Source of the DNA: a virus | Direction: 5' to 3' (one strand) | Virus record (IMG/VR): IMGVR_UViG_3300045988_162923 | DNA length: 64,000 bases | Part shown: piece after piece, positions 35,989-47,791 of the stretch | How positions within the stretch are numbered: the first letter of the stretch is position 1 | Layout of the letters: each line of letters opens with the position of its first letter | Made by a program: the position numbers and the translations under genes | Notes under the pieces: generated by a model | The model's database searches: none | What the model was told of the DNA's origin: nothing | What the model saw: the letters and a program-made list of their open reading frames with translations, nothing else

Positions 35989-36826
35989 GGTATCAATTCC
36001 TTTCTTTATTGTATAATTATTATAACATATTTTTATTTATTTGTCAAGCCGGTCGGGAATTTCTTTTTTATAATTTTCCCTAACCGGCTTACGCTTATTT
36101 CTCCCAAATGTCTTGTGCCAACCAGAAGAAACCAGTTCTTAAACGGGACTGAATCTCAAAAAGGTTATCACTCAGCTCTTGGATGTCCTCGCGGTCATCT
36201 TCAGCCGCGTCCTTTTTAGTAGCCGCAACATCTTCAGATAACTGAAGAATTTCTTCGGCAATTTTATTAAGTCTTTCAGCAATACTATTTGTCATTGTTC
36301 ATTCTCCTTACTTGTTCTCTCTTGGAACAATTATAGTATAACAAGTATCGGGAAAAATGTCAACTGTCATTTTACACAAATTTTGCCCGAAAAAATTGTG
36401 TAATGTGTTTAAAATCTAAAAATCCTCGCGCTTGGGCCGTGGGCGCGAGGCTGAAAGATTAACAGATTTTTAAAAAATCCAGAGAGCATAACCCTCTGGA
36501 TTTTATTTTTAGCCGTCAACATAAATAATAAGGGTATTGTCTTTGGTTTTCAAACCAGTAACAGGCAATCCCAATACCCATTCTTCGCTTGCGTCCAGAA
36601 GGTCTCCATTCAAGGTCATGCGGCCTTTGCGGTTTTTGAGATAGCGACCACAGGTATTTTCATTTATCACTTCAACGCCATTTCCATCATAAAACATCAG
36701 CGCTCCTTTTACAGTGCCGATTACATTTTTAATCATGCTCAAAGTCATTTTTATCAATTCCTTTCTTTTGATAAATAAATTATAGCACAAGAGGTTGATT
36801 TTGTCAAGCCCCTTGTGCTATTTTTT

Positions 36827-37279
36827 TTAACGTTCAGATGCGATACTAAGATATCGAACAATCATGTCCATTTCGCAACCCATGTCCTGCTGGTCGCAAA
36901 CCGCATAACCCACAAGGTCGCCGTCCGCACAAATCGGATAAACGCCATAAGTGTTATTGAAAACAAACGGCTTTCTTTTAAAATCCCACTGGGTCGAAAC
37001 ATAAGGCGGAAAGTTTTCCATACCACGCAGTTTTACGGTAGTGTCATAGATTGCGATGGGACGCAGACCAGAATTTGATGCCATTGTAATGGCAACCCGC
37101 AGAGCTTCTTCGGTCAAAGAACCAAGTACTGAATACCTCTTAAAGCAAACACAGTTATCATCTTCAATAAAGATTTCAAGAGGGTCTCCCTCGCGAATCT
37201 TCAAACTACGGCGGATTTCTTTCGGAATAACAACACGTCCAAGGTCATCAATTCTGCGAATAATGCCAGTTGCTTTCAT
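36827..37279 (-). CDS. AbrB/SpoVT-family transition-state-regulator-like protein (N-terminal swapped-hairpin DNA-binding domain GIIRRIDDLGRVVIPKEIRRSLKIREGDPLEIF)
   Basis: Textbook AbrB/SpoVT N-domain motif. 150 aa with extra C-terminal domain. Confidence 0.6.
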   Translation of the reverse strand: MKATGIIRRIDDLGRVVIPKEIRRSLKIREGDPLEIFIEDDNCVCFKRYSVLGSLTEEALRVAITMASNSGLRPIAIYDTTVKLRGMENFPPYVSTQWDFKRKPFVFNNTYGVYPICADGDLVGYAVCDQQDMGCEMDMIVRYLSIASER

Positions 37280-37291
37280 TGTACTTCCTCC

Positions 37292-37573
37292 TTAAAGATA
37301 AATAGTGCCTTGATCGCAAGCAGGCGGATTCAGTCTATCTACTGTAATATCAGTTTCTGCGTTCTGACCATCTTTATCTTCATACTCGACATGGAATGTC
37401 AAGTCTCCAACATTATCCAGATAGTCCTGAATAGCCTTGACGATTGTGTTCAGATATTTTCTTTCTTTGGCTTCATCTCTGTCTTGCTGTTCTCTGTAAG
37501 CAAGACCAATCAATGTGGCGATTTCTCCATCAGTCAAGCCTTTCAACATTTCTTCCATATTATTATCTAACAT
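37292..37573 (-). CDS. Small acidic protein (~93 aa; start at second Met)
   Basis: Same conserved 5'UTR + RBS as 35254..35529. Promoter 37603-37631. Confidence 0.4.
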   Translation of the reverse strand: MLDNNMEEMLKGLTDGEIATLIGLAYREQQDRDEAKERKYLNTIVKAIQDYLDNVGDLTFHVEYEDKDGQNAETDITVDRLNPPACDQGTIYL

Positions 37574-37602
37574 TGTATCAATTCCTTTCTTTTGATAAAT
37601 CA

Positions 37603-37631
37603 ATTATATCATATAAGGGCTTGTTTGTCAA
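37603..37631 (-). promoter_or_regulatory. Consensus promoter TTGACA-17-TATAAT (minus strand)
   Basis: Reverse complement reads TTGACAAACAAGCCCTTATATGATATAAT. Confidence 0.5.
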
Positions 37632-37885
37632 GCCTTTAAATTAAATTTTCTTCATAAAGCATTTCGCCTTTACTCCATCGTTGAAAATGTACATTCATAA
37701 GCTCCAGGTGTCTTTCATAATAATCGGCATCAGCAGGGTTCTCAAAATCATGCTCTATAACTACACCTGTCTTATCGTTAATCATACGAATAACTTCACC
37801 CTGATAAATTGGCTTATCCATAATTAGCACTCCTTTCTTTTGATAGCCCTATTATATCACAATAGGGCTATCTTGTCAACTCTTA

Positions 37886-38323
37886 TTATTTGATAGATAC
37901 GCAGTTAATACCGCGATCTTTAATCCATTCAATGAAATCTTCACCGCTGAGATTTTTTGCCAAATCTTCCATAGTAGGATGAACTTCACTAAATTTGTAA
38001 GTAATTGTAACCGGCTTGTAATTTTTCCAACTAAAAGTATAAATCTCAAAGCCAATTGCAGCGCGGACGCGAGGTTTTTTAAGGAAAAGCGTTTGTTGTA
38101 CTTCCAGACAAGGGATGGTATATTCATCCAGCAAATCCAAAAGGTCACCAAATGATTTACAGTAAAATTCGCGATCTTGCGGCTTCTCATCTCTAACAAG
38201 CAGATTATAGCCCCGCCATGTTAAAAGTTTGCTTTCTTCTTTGCCCCAATCCATAAAAATATTCATATCATAAATCTTTTTCATTGTGTTAATCCTCCAT
38301 CCAATCTTTAATTCTTTCAGCAC
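37886..38323 (-). CDS. Hypothetical protein (145 aa)
   Basis: ORF from the track. Confidence 0.45.
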   Translation of the reverse strand: MLKELKIGWRINTMKKIYDMNIFMDWGKEESKLLTWRGYNLLVRDEKPQDREFYCKSFGDLLDLLDEYTIPCLEVQQTLFLKKPRVRAAIGFEIYTFSWKNYKPVTITYKFSEVHPTMEDLAKNLSGEDFIEWIKDRGINCVSIK

Positions 38324-38667
38324 AATCTATACAATCAATGTCTCTTTCATCACACTGAGAATACAGTGGACAACAAGCGCAATCATTAAATGTCTCAACC
38401 CAACTTTCCAAGCACTCAGTTAGACGCTCGGTATTTACTTCAATGTTCATTAGGTGTTTCCTCCCTTAACCTTGTACCAACATTATAAAGCTTTTTGGGA
38501 GAAAAGTCAACCGTCAAAATACACAAAAAATGTGCGGAAAATTTGTTGAATGTTACTCTTGACAAAAATGACGCGCCCACTGGATTGTGGTCGCGCGGCC
38601 GAATTTCCATCTATTTCCAAATAATTTGGGTAAAAAAATTCCTCCCATTTTTTGGGAGGAACTTTTG

Positions 38668-39024
38668 TCATTTTCTGGGGCAAGCCAACGTCAGCCGGTA
38701 CTTTTTACCATTGTAAGTAAATTCCATTTCTCGCTCTGGATTTGTAATGGTAATGTTATCCAAATCCAAATCGGGGTAGGCGTCTTCCAAAGAGCTTTCC
38801 AAATACTGGATGAGTTCGCGCTTGTCCTCGTCGGGTTTGCGCTCTCGTTTAACCTCTGTGACCTTGCGCGTTCCAGTTTGTCTTGCCTTTTTCGCTCCTG
38901 CTTCAAGCTCCGGCGGCAATTCAAACAACTTTTCACCGCGGTCAATGCGTTTGTCGTCCTCTTGGACTTGTCGCGCTTCATCGACTGAAATATTCAACCG
39001 CTTGGCGAGTTCTTCGACTGTCAT
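38668..39024 (-). CDS. Hypothetical protein (118 aa); paralogue of 33413..33817
   Basis: See 33413..33817. Confidence 0.5.
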   Translation of the reverse strand: MTVEELAKRLNISVDEARQVQEDDKRIDRGEKLFELPPELEAGAKKARQTGTRKVTEVKRERKPDEDKRELIQYLESSLEDAYPDLDLDNITITNPEREMEFTYNGKKYRLTLACPRK

Positions 39025-39067
39025 TTTTTACCTCCTTTCGGAAGTGGGGGCAAAAGCCCCCATCCGG

Positions 39068-39469
39068 TCACGCCACCTTGAAGAAAGCCTTTCTCTTGTC
39101 GTCAACACGGACAAGGCTTCCAGCCTTTACCATCTGACCGACAATCGCGCTGACGCGCTGGTTGGTCAGGTCGGCAATCTCCGGCACGGACTTAATCAGC
39201 TCAGTGATAGTGAAAAGCTGGTCAGGGGTCATGCCCATGTGGGCAAGAATCGCGGACTTGAAGCCATCATTGGCGAGCTGGGTCGCAGTCGGCTTCTTTT
39301 CGGCGCTGTTCTTCTTCGCCAGCAGTTCGAGTTCGTGGTTAATGAAATCCACGATAGTCTGGTTGGACTGGACTTCGTTCATCTGGAGCAGAGCGGTGAA
39401 GCAATCCTTCTTAGTCATCTTAGTAGCCATAATATCAATTCCTTTCTGGTTTTTCAGTGTGTCCTTCAC
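39068..39469 (-). CDS. Putative DNA-binding protein (~120 aa from internal Met); paralogue of 33870..34310
   Basis: See 33870..34310. Duplicated two-gene cassette. Confidence 0.5.
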   Translation of the reverse strand: MKDTLKNQKGIDIMATKMTKKDCFTALLQMNEVQSNQTIVDFINHELELLAKKNSAEKKPTATQLANDGFKSAILAHMGMTPDQLFTITELIKSVPEIADLTNQRVSAIVGQMVKAGSLVRVDDKRKAFFKVA

Positions 39470-39613
39470 TTGATGAATTTATTGTATCACAAATCTTTCG
39501 ACTTGTCAATACCTTTTTAAGATTTTTTTTCGTATCCTTGGGGAGAAGTTCATCTCCCCTTGGAACATTTACATTGTATCACACTTTGCGGCGATTGTCA
39601 AGCGTTAATTTTC

Positions 39614-40120
39614 TCAGCCGACAATTTTTTTCAGAGCCGCGATTTCCTTGGAAAGCTGTTCCAGCTTTTCCTGCTTCTTACAGAGGGCAATTTTCCACTC
39701 AGTCACGCGGTTACTCAGATACTTTTCATAGGCTTCCGGGTTGAACTGGTAATAATACCGCTTACAGGTAATTGTTTCCACGTCGCGGTATTCGATGTGG
39801 ATACCGCCTGCCGCCTTGGTAATCATTTCCTGAACAGACTGCGGCAGAGCCTTGAAATCGTTCAGCTTCATGATACTTTCATTGTTGGCGTTCAGAACGT
39901 ATTCCGCGCCATAGCAAGAATCAACTTCTTTTTCAAAAGTTTCAGTCTTGACGATGGTTACAATGTGATGATTTTCAAGAGTGCTGAGAAGTGCCATACC
40001 CTTGGGGCGGTTAGTGTTGTATTCCTTGGAGGTAAAGGGGTTAGTGCCAAAGAGTTCCTTAACGCGGCAAACAGCTTCGGCGAGGTTAGCGGCATCGGTA
40101 AAGTTAATTCTAGTCATGGT
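39614..40120 (-). CDS. Hypothetical protein (~168 aa from MTRINFTD...)
   Basis: Track ORF 39614..40288. The upstream part is probably UTR (conserved KKGIDTM leader). Confidence 0.4.
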   Translation of the reverse strand, partial: TMTRINFTDAANLAEAVCRVKELFGTNPFTSKEYNTNRPKGMALLSTLENHHIVTIVKTETFEKEVDSCYGAEYVLNANNESIMKLNDFKALPQSVQEMITKAAGGIHIEYRDVETITCKRYYYQFNPEAYEKYLSNRVTEWKIALCKKQEKLEQLSKEIAALKKIVG

Positions 40121-40184
40121 ATCAATTCCTTTCTTAATTTCTGTATTGATTATATCACATTCGGTCGGGTTTGTCAAGTGGTTT

Positions 40185-40844
40185 TTACCACTTGGGGAAC
40201 ATTTTATTTTCGTGGCAATTCCACTGGTGGCAGTTTTTGGTAAAGCGCTTATGGAGCGAATAGCACTTAACAAAAATTGCCATTTCATTCAGTGCGTCAG
40301 AAAGCGCGGTGTGTTCTTCTTCAAAGTCGGGGTTTCTGGTGATGTAGGCATAGACCGCTTCAACACCTGTTGCGCAAGACCTACCGCCATTCTTAGAACG
40401 CATACCATGTTCATGGCAGAATTTGTCAAAGCCTTTCTGGTGCGTGATGGTCTGTAAAGCCATCAAATAAAGGTCGATAAACTCAAATTCGTCCAGAAGC
40501 GCGGCAAAAGGTGTCTTAATGAAATCAAAACAGCTATTGTATGCCATAACATACTTTACACCATAGAACCGGCAGAGGTTGCGTACAATGGACACGGCTT
40601 CGGCTTCGGTAGTTACCGCAGAAATTGTGCCATTTATCAGACGGGCTTCATAGACCGGAAAATGCTTCTTGGCATAATCGTCTTTGTTGATGTTGTCATA
40701 ATGTTCCATGATGAGGATGGAAGTTGTTGCCAAAATGTTACCATCCTTGTCGTGAATGACAGCACCCGCGTTATACATTCCGGTCGGGTTAGAACTGCCA
40801 CCGACTGTCTCAGTGTCCAACGTACAGTAGATATTTTTGTTCAT
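40185..40844 (-). CDS. DnaQ-like 3'-5' exonuclease (DEDDh: CTLDTETVG / AYNSCFDF / HTALSDALNEMAI)
   Basis: 219 aa. Exo I-III motifs recognisable. Confidence 0.6.
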   Translation of the reverse strand: MNKNIYCTLDTETVGGSSNPTGMYNAGAVIHDKDGNILATTSILIMEHYDNINKDDYAKKHFPVYEARLINGTISAVTTEAEAVSIVRNLCRFYGVKYVMAYNSCFDFIKTPFAALLDEFEFIDLYLMALQTITHQKGFDKFCHEHGMRSKNGGRSCATGVEAVYAYITRNPDFEEEHTALSDALNEMAIFVKCYSLHKRFTKNCHQWNCHENKMFPKW

Positions 40845-41333
40845 TTTTGGTAATTCCTTTCTTTTGGATGGGGCTTACCATCGTTTCCCCTATCCTTAAT
40901 TTCTGTATTGATTATAGCACATCAGGAGCTGTTTGTCAAGAGGAAATTTTATTTTTTTTTACACACGAACCGCGGAAGTTGTGTAGCCCAGCTAATGATA
41001 CCAAGCACTTTTAATCGCTATTCCCTCTTGACATTATAAAGTATATCACATGATGGGCGATTTGTCAAGAGGTTTTATATATTTTTTCAAGAAATCTTAT
41101 CTCAAAATGAGCGTATAACGTTTCTTTCCTCTTGACATTATAGAGTATATCACATTTCAGGATTTTTGTCTATTGGCAAAATACACAAAAATCCGCTCAA
41201 AAAATTAGTGAACATTCCCTCTTGACAAAATGGCGCGGCCACACAATCGTGACCGCGCGGCTGTCATTTTACAACTATTTCCAAAAAATGAATCAAAAAA
41301 AATTGGGAATCCAGATTTTGGATTCCCATTTTT

Positions 41334-41624
41334 TCAATCAATAGGAAGCGAATTGTAAGAAACGGGAGAAACAGTAATACCAACATTTGACTTCAACAAG
41401 AACTTGGCATCTTCTCCGATGTAATCAAAACTGTAAACAGCCCATTCCGTTTCAATATCTTCATCATCCAGCATCAGATTTTGCCAAGCTGGGTTAACAG
41501 CGGCAACCTTGTCAAAAATTGTCTGGACTGCTTCTTTTGCTTTTTCAAATGTGTCAAATGCACAATCCAAGTCTGTAAAATCAGCTTCTTCAAAATGAAC
41601 TACCCAAATAATCTTTGTTTCCAT
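41334..41624 (-). CDS. Small acidic protein (96 aa)
   Basis: ORF from the track. Confidence 0.4.
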   Translation of the reverse strand: METKIIWVVHFEEADFTDLDCAFDTFEKAKEAVQTIFDKVAAVNPAWQNLMLDDEDIETEWAVYSFDYIGEDAKFLLKSNVGITVSPVSYNSLPID

Positions 41625-41639
41625 TTTTTGTCAATCCTT

Positions 41640-41891
41640 TCAGAGTTCAGTAATATAATTATCTTCCATTGTCCAGACGGCACACAGATTATCGAATGAA
41701 AAATCTTTATCCATTTTTTTAAGTTTATTTCCGATATCTGTCAAAAAATTTTCGATATTTTCATCAAAATATATGTCTTCTTCTTCTGATGTTCCATCGA
41801 CATGATTACCATAATCTTCCATTGGCTTCCATTTATCATCAACTTCTACTTCAACTGGAACACATTTCGTGACATAAGCGATAAATTTCAT
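41640..41891 (-). CDS. Small acidic protein (83 aa)
   Basis: ORF from the track. Confidence 0.4.
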   Translation of the reverse strand: MKFIAYVTKCVPVEVEVDDKWKPMEDYGNHVDGTSEEEDIYFDENIENFLTDIGNKLKKMDKDFSFDNLCAVWTMEDNYITEL

Positions 41892-41906
41892 TTTTTACTA
41901 ATCCTT

Positions 41907-42161
41907 TCACATTTCAAAAATTGAATTTCCATTTACTGTATCTACGCACAATCCATCATAGGGAAATTCTGCCCGAATTTCTTCAAGAAACTCTGAAGCA
42001 AATTTATTGTAATAGTCAACTGCTTCATCTGGAGCATCATAAAATTCTGGATATTTTTCACAATCGCTTACCAGTTTATCCCATTTTCTATCAACTTCAA
42101 TTTCTTTTTCAATTCTTGCCGGATAAGACACAATAACTTTCATACCATCACCCCAAGGCAA
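41907..42161 (-). CDS. Small acidic protein (84 aa)
   Basis: ORF from the track. Confidence 0.4.
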   Translation of the reverse strand: MPWGDGMKVIVSYPARIEKEIEVDRKWDKLVSDCEKYPEFYDAPDEAVDYYNKFASEFLEEIRAEFPYDGLCVDTVNGNSIFEM

Positions 42162-42433
42162 TCAAAATTTTAATATCGGTCGCTTCTTCCATCAAGATTT
42201 CAAGCTGTTCGTCATTCATCTGTTATCCCTTCCTTTTTTCCCCAAGTGATAATTTTTGTGTAAGACTTTAATCCGAACATAAGTTTTTTCATGTCCAGAA
42301 TAAACAGGTCAGCGTCTCGTTCTGTGCGGAACTCTAATGTATTGCTATAATACAATCCCCTTTTATCAAAACCTGAATATTTGACAATAATATTTTTAGG
42401 AACCATTTTCTTATTTCCTTTCTTTGGAAGCGC

Positions 42434-42910
42434 TTAGCGCGCTTCCAGAATATTCCGCAGGATTTCAATGATATTTTCTTTTGTGGGGTCGATTGCTTCA
42501 CCAAGCGTCCAAGCGTTCCGCACTCGCGCATCATCATCGAAAATCAGTGCTGTTCCATCTTCTGGAAGTTCCCGCTTGACTACCTGATGTTTCGGTGTTC
42601 CATACTTGACTCCGTGGAAATGGTCAAAGGGAAAATCATGATTGCTCAGCCATTCTTTTTTTGCTTCTCTCACCGCTTTATCATAGTCGGGAGTGGAAAC
42701 CTTGCTCAGCCAAGTTACAACGGAAATTTCAATCCCGATAACGCGACACTGAGAAAGCAGGTTGGCAAGTTCTGCCATGTCGGTTAGAGGTTCTGCGATT
42801 TTATACGGGGTCGGGTCGGATGTTCTCAGCATTTCCAGCCAGTTCTCAACGCCATACAGGTCAGCGATAGTTCCATCCATGTCGAACACGATTTCTTTAA
42901 TCATTTTTTT
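42434..42910 (-). CDS. HAD-superfamily hydrolase / 5'(3')-deoxyribonucleotidase-like (FDMDGTIADL motif I); start probably at internal MIKEIVFDMDG
   Basis: Track ORF 42434..43180. Motif I DxDGT plus C-terminal FDDD motif typical of HAD phosphatases. Confidence 0.5.
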   Translation of the reverse strand, partial: KKMIKEIVFDMDGTIADLYGVENWLEMLRTSDPTPYKIAEPLTDMAELANLLSQCRVIGIEISVVTWLSKVSTPDYDKAVREAKKEWLSNHDFPFDHFHGVKYGTPKHQVVKRELPEDGTALIFDDDARVRNAWTLGEAIDPTKENIIEILRNILEAR

Positions 42911-43091
42911 TTCATTCCTTTTCGTTTTTGTATCTTGATTATAACACGCTTTTGCTTGTTTGTCAAGAGCCAGTTTTGAATTTCTGCGATATTTCCGCAC
43001 GAATTTTTTTCTCAGTTTGTTGTCAGGTTTTACACAGCGGGGACAATTTAAGTCCCACGCTGTAAAATCCTTACAAGTCCCTTTTTTCAGA

Positions 43092-43406
43092 TCATCCATG
43101 GAAAAAGCCCCGGATAATCTTTTCAAATGCGGGTTTGTAGTTTTCGGTCCAACGGCGCTCAAGTTCGGAGTTAGTGCCATTCACATAAGCGTCCCACTCG
43201 ATAGCGCCAAGGGCGTTGTGCTCGAACAGTTCGGCATCAGTAGGCATAGTCTCAGCAAAAATCAACTGCTGTTTGATATAAGCGTCAATAGTGAAGTTCT
43301 TCATTGTAATTACCTCGTTCCTTAACTTTGTACCCTTATTATACACCCTATTATTCTCTTTGTCTATTGGCAGAATACACAAATTCGGGATCAAATATTT
43401 TTTCAT
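43092..43406 (-). CDS. Hypothetical protein (104 aa)
   Basis: ORF from the track. Confidence 0.4.
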   Translation of the reverse strand: MKKYLIPNLCILPIDKENNRVYNKGTKLRNEVITMKNFTIDAYIKQQLIFAETMPTDAELFEHNALGAIEWDAYVNGTNSELERRWTENYKPAFEKIIRGFFHG

Positions 43407-43579
43407 TTTTGTTCAATTTTTCGCTTGACAAAATGGTTAGCCGGTGTTATAATGGAAATACCGGGGCTGGCAAACGTCGGCGGGCGGCCGCAAATCCTTT
43501 ATCCTTTAATTATAGCATACTCAGTTGAAAATGTCAATAGGCAAATTAAATAAAAATTAAAGCCCATTTGGGCTTTAAT

Positions 43580-43837
43580 TTACAAAATGTGGATTTCTGC
43601 GTCATAGGGATAAATGATCTGGTCACCTCGAACAAACTCCCAGTCCATTGTTTCAACATCTATGGCTGTTACATAAGTTCCATCTTCATCCATTAGCGGC
43701 ATAAGCTCATTAGCAATTTTCAAATAAATGCGTTCCGCATTATTAGACGGAGCAAAACAAGTGCCAATTGCTACATTCTTAAAGACAATAGGAGATTTCT
43801 TATTACATACAACTTTCATGTTATCAGCTTCTTTCAA
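43580..43837 (-). CDS. Small protein (85 aa); paralogue of 43834..44064
   Basis: Shared ..G.CF......D.LY.K.. Confidence 0.4.
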   Translation of the reverse strand: MKEADNMKVVCNKKSPIVFKNVAIGTCFAPSNNAERIYLKIANELMPLMDEDGTYVTAIDVETMDWEFVRGDQIIYPYDAEIHIL

Positions 43838-44064
43838 TACTCGGCGTGAATTTCTGCCCTTACTGGAAAAACATGGTGTTCATCATCAATCGCAGTATAA
43901 CCCATCACTTCAAGATTAACTGCGTTGATTGGTCCAATACTCTGTTCATAGAAAGATGGCATTTTCATGTAAAGAACATCAGAATTTCCAGTGGAATAGA
44001 AGCAATCACCAACCCTCAACTTGCTAAATTCAACTGCTCTAGTACCATCGCGAATAATTTTCAT
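43834..44064 (-). CDS. Small protein (76 aa); paralogue of 43580..43837
   Basis: ORF from the track. Confidence 0.4.
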   Translation of the reverse strand: MKIIRDGTRAVEFSKLRVGDCFYSTGNSDVLYMKMPSFYEQSIGPINAVNLEVMGYTAIDDEHHVFPVRAEIHAEY

Positions 44065-44645
44065 AGTATCAATTTCCTTTCTTTATTGTATAATTATTAT
44101 ATCACATTTTTATTATTTTGTCAATAGAGAATTTTATTGTCCAGTAGTTAAAACCACTGGACAATAAAAGGTACGGTAAAGAGAACGAATGAACGGATGA
44201 TAACATCGACAATGCTTTTCTTGTTTCCAGTAGCGAATTTCAGGACAGCGACCAGCCAGTCAATGACAAAAATAGCAATTACCAGAGTGAAGATAACCAT
44301 TTTCATTTTAAGTACCTCGCTTTCTTTTATATCATTATTCTATCATAGACTGGCTAGTTTGTCAACCCTTTTGTTCAGCTCTCTGCCAAAAAATTTTCAT
44401 AATACAGGTCAAAGTCATACGCATGGCAAAGATTTCCATGTACTCGAACTGGGGCAGATCAAAGTGCCAAGCAAAAATGTTCCAGCCCCACCAAATCAAA
44501 GCGGCAGTTGCGAACCACTTGCCAACTGTGTAGATAATCATGCTGATTGCCGCGCCTGCGGTCATGTTCTTGAAATCCATTGTTTTCATTTCCTTTCTTA
44601 ATTTGTACATTTATTATATCATGTAAGGGCTTGTTTGTCAAGCCC

Positions 44646-44960
44646 TTATTTCATAATCGCAGAAAATTCTTCTGTATGACCGCATTTATCGCAAGTGTAA
44701 TAATAATCTTTTGAGCCACGATAATTAGTAGCGCTAGAGAACTGATACTGACCACCGCATTCACAGTAACCATTATTCCAGCGGTCATGATTTCCTTCCG
44801 CGTCTTTATACAAAAGAGTCGCAACGCCAAAAGCGATAGCAAGCGCAACTAGAATGGCAATGATTTTGCCACGGCAAGTTTCAGGGGCAAGAAAAGCAAT
44901 CATCAGAGGGAAAATAGCCATAACTGCCCATACGATGTAAAAGCTCGGATTTGTAAACAT
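44646..44960 (-). CDS. Membrane protein with C-terminal zinc ribbon (104 aa)
   Basis: ORF from the track. Confidence 0.4.
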   Translation of the reverse strand: MFTNPSFYIVWAVMAIFPLMIAFLAPETCRGKIIAILVALAIAFGVATLLYKDAEGNHDRWNNGYCECGGQYQFSSATNYRGSKDYYYTCDKCGHTEEFSAIMK

Positions 44961-46051
44961 TGTAGTTACCTCATTCCTTAATTTCTGTATTGATTATACC
45001 ACATGGTAGCGGCTTTGTCAAGCCCTTTTATAAGAAAATTATTGCGGCAGAGAAAACTACCAGTACATAACCAATAGTTCCCATTATTACAGTGTGTCTA
45101 AACGCGCCATTTACATTCGCGTCAATGATAGCAAATCCGGCAAGGAATACCAGAAAAGCTATGAAGTATTGAAGTATTTTCATGTTAGAAACTCCAATGA
45201 CTTTCATGGTCAGCAAGCAAGGCTTCCCACATTTTGTTATAAAGCGGATAACCGCCCTCTTTGATACATTTTTCTCTGATAGATTCCCGAACCGCGAAAA
45301 TGCGGGCTAGTTCTTTATCCTGTTCTTGAAGCATAACTAAGTTAGCATCAAATTCCTTTTTGGTCATTGTAGTAACCTCTTTCTTAATTTCTACAGTTAT
45401 TATAGCATGGAATGGGGACTTTGTCAATCCCCATCACGCATTTTTTTCAGTTCTTCCAAAACTTCCCAAATCGCATTGTATTCTTCGTGGGAAGTCGCAT
45501 GGATGTTGGCAAAATTATTCAGGCTTTCATCATCCCAGCCATAGCGGTCGAGCCATGCGGACAATTTCTCAGCAAGTGTGTTCATAGTCATTGTGAATTA
45601 CCTCGTTCCTTAACTTTGTATCTTTATTATAACACCATGCTATTCTGTTTGTCTATTGGCAAAACGCACAAATTTCGGGAGAATTTTTTGTATAATATTT
45701 GTTCGATTTTTCCCTTGACAAATTGGCTGGCAGTATGTTATAATAAAATGCCGGCTAGTGGCGATTGTGGCCGGTGCGCCCATTTTATCATATTCTATTG
45801 GATTTGTCAATAGGCAAAATACACAAAAAATAAGGGGAATTTTCATTCCCCTTTGTGCGTCTTTTCGTATTCTTCAATCATGCGGCGAACCATCAGCCCG
45901 CCAACTGAATAGGTAGGCGCGGGATGCCCATTTACATAATCCTTAATGATGATTTTTTCATCCTCGGTCAGCGCGTCGAGCGTCTCTTTGAGTGCGTCAA
46001 GCTTTTTTACATCGAACATTTTTTATCAATTCCTTTCTTTATTGTATAATT

Positions 46052-46080
46052 ATTATAGCACGTTAAGTGCTAGTTGTCAA
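46052..46080 (-). promoter_or_regulatory. Consensus promoter TTGACA-17-TATAAT (minus strand)
   Basis: Reverse complement reads TTGACAACTAGCACTTAACGTGCTATAAT. Confidence 0.5.
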
Positions 46081-47334
46081 GTGTTTATTTCAGAAGTCCA
46101 AAGCCACAACGGAAAATAATAATAATTTCGCCGGTTGTATTGTCAACAACAATGTACTTGTTGCGCCAATGGTGCTTTCTACCAGTAGAACAACGCTGAG
46201 CAAATGTCATAGCATCATCCAGAGAATCCCAGTGAAGCGGAAATTCATAATCATTTTCATAAACATGATACATAATTTTTACTTCCTTTCTCCGGGACTT
46301 AATAGCCCCGGTTTTCCAAGCGGCACAGCCGACCAGCAAGGACGCCAGCCAGCCAAGTCTTAGACTGTTTCATCAGCCAAGCGGCGGTGCTCTGGCAGTT
46401 CGCCCAAATGTCCCAAGTCTGACCCTCGCGGATAATGTCCGCTTTCTTCATGCCCATGAGCTTGTTGTAGTAGGTGTTGTAGTTGTCAGCCATTGTTGTT
46501 ATCTCCTTCGTTCTTTGTGTCTTAATTATAGCATGAAGATTGCGGTTTGTCAAGCCCTAATTTTATTTTATTTCACCATTTTTAAAATACCCTGCGACGG
46601 GAATAAGTTTATAAGCTTCGGGATTTAGTCCATTATCATAGATAAATTTTTCAGCTGTTTCTTTGTCCTCAAAGACACAACCAGTGAATTCCAGACCGCG
46701 TTCGTATTTCATCAAACCAACCATTTTATTTGTCCCTTTCTTAATCAACGTATTCAGAATACAAAACTTTCCATTCAGCCGCATCCAGCTTACTTCTGTG
46801 GAAAGCATCAATTTCATTGTATCCAAAAATGATTTTTTCTTCCTGAGTGTTAATGTTCAAAATACCAAACTCAAACATGATTATTACCTCTCTTTATTTT
46901 GTATCTGTATTATAACACATCTGATAGCTGTTGTCAAGAACTAATTTTGCTTAATTCCACTCACGGCTGTTATAGTAGTCACGCACAGCATCCCATGCCT
47001 GAGACATAGAACCAGTAGCAAAACAGTAACCAGCTCCAAAAGAAAAAGAAGAAGCGGACACTTTGCGGCTAGGCACATGGCTATAATAGCCACGATCTGC
47101 GGAAAATGCTTTCTTCTGCTCATCAGATACGATGATAGATACTGTAGTCTTTGCCATGGTGTGTTACCTCATTTCCTTACCTTGTATTTGTATTATATCA
47201 TTTCGGGAACGCTTTGTCAAGCCTTTTTGCGCAAATATTTTACAGAATTTTTCTTTAGTACTTTAGCTTGGCGAAGTTCCGGAAACTCACTATCGTGTGC
47301 GGAAACTAACAAACGCAGAAAGAGCACGCTTTGC

Positions 47335-47643
47335 TTAGCGTGCTCTAACCTCGATGATTTCATCATCACAGATGGGTGATGTTCCCATGGTATTCATTAC
47401 CAAAAGAACCTTATCTCCAACGGACACATTTTCGTCTGTAGTACTCCATTCATTGCCCGCGCCATCTGTGTAGAATTGGACATTGCCATTGACTTCACAA
47501 ACAGTTGCGCTTCTCGCATAGATGTTATTGACATCCTGAGCTGGGTGTGCCTTAATGTACTGGCAGAGTAAGATAATGAGTAGGACAACAATGACTGCGC
47601 TGATAGCGCTGAAGATGTTCATGCGGCGTCTGATTTCTTCCAT
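47335..47643 (-). CDS. Secreted/membrane-anchored small protein (102 aa)
   Basis: ORF from the track. N-terminal hydrophobic helix. Confidence 0.4.
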   Translation of the reverse strand: MEEIRRRMNIFSAISAVIVVLLIILLCQYIKAHPAQDVNNIYARSATVCEVNGNVQFYTDGAGNEWSTTDENVSVGDKVLLVMNTMGTSPICDDEIIEVRAR

Positions 47644-47761
47644 AGTGAATACCTCTTTTCTTTACTGTATCTATAGTATAACACATTGCGGGAAACTTGT
47701 CAAGGGATAATTTTACACAAAAAGCACAAAAGATTTTTGTGACATTTGTATAATACGCAAA

Positions 47762-47791
47762 CTCGGCGCGCCACACCCGCCAGCGCGCCGA
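47762..47791. terminator. GC-rich perfect hairpin CTCGGCGCGC-N10-GCGCGCCGAG at the right boundary of the GC-richer module
   Basis: 10-bp all-GC stem seen directly. Marks the compositional transition. Confidence 0.5.

Noticed and set aside
38810-39520. Plus-strand 236-aa ORF 38810..39520 (Ser/Leu/Arg-rich)
   Set aside because: It is antisense to two well-supported minus-strand paralogue genes that have promoters and RBSs. The composition is typical of a GC-rich antisense frame.
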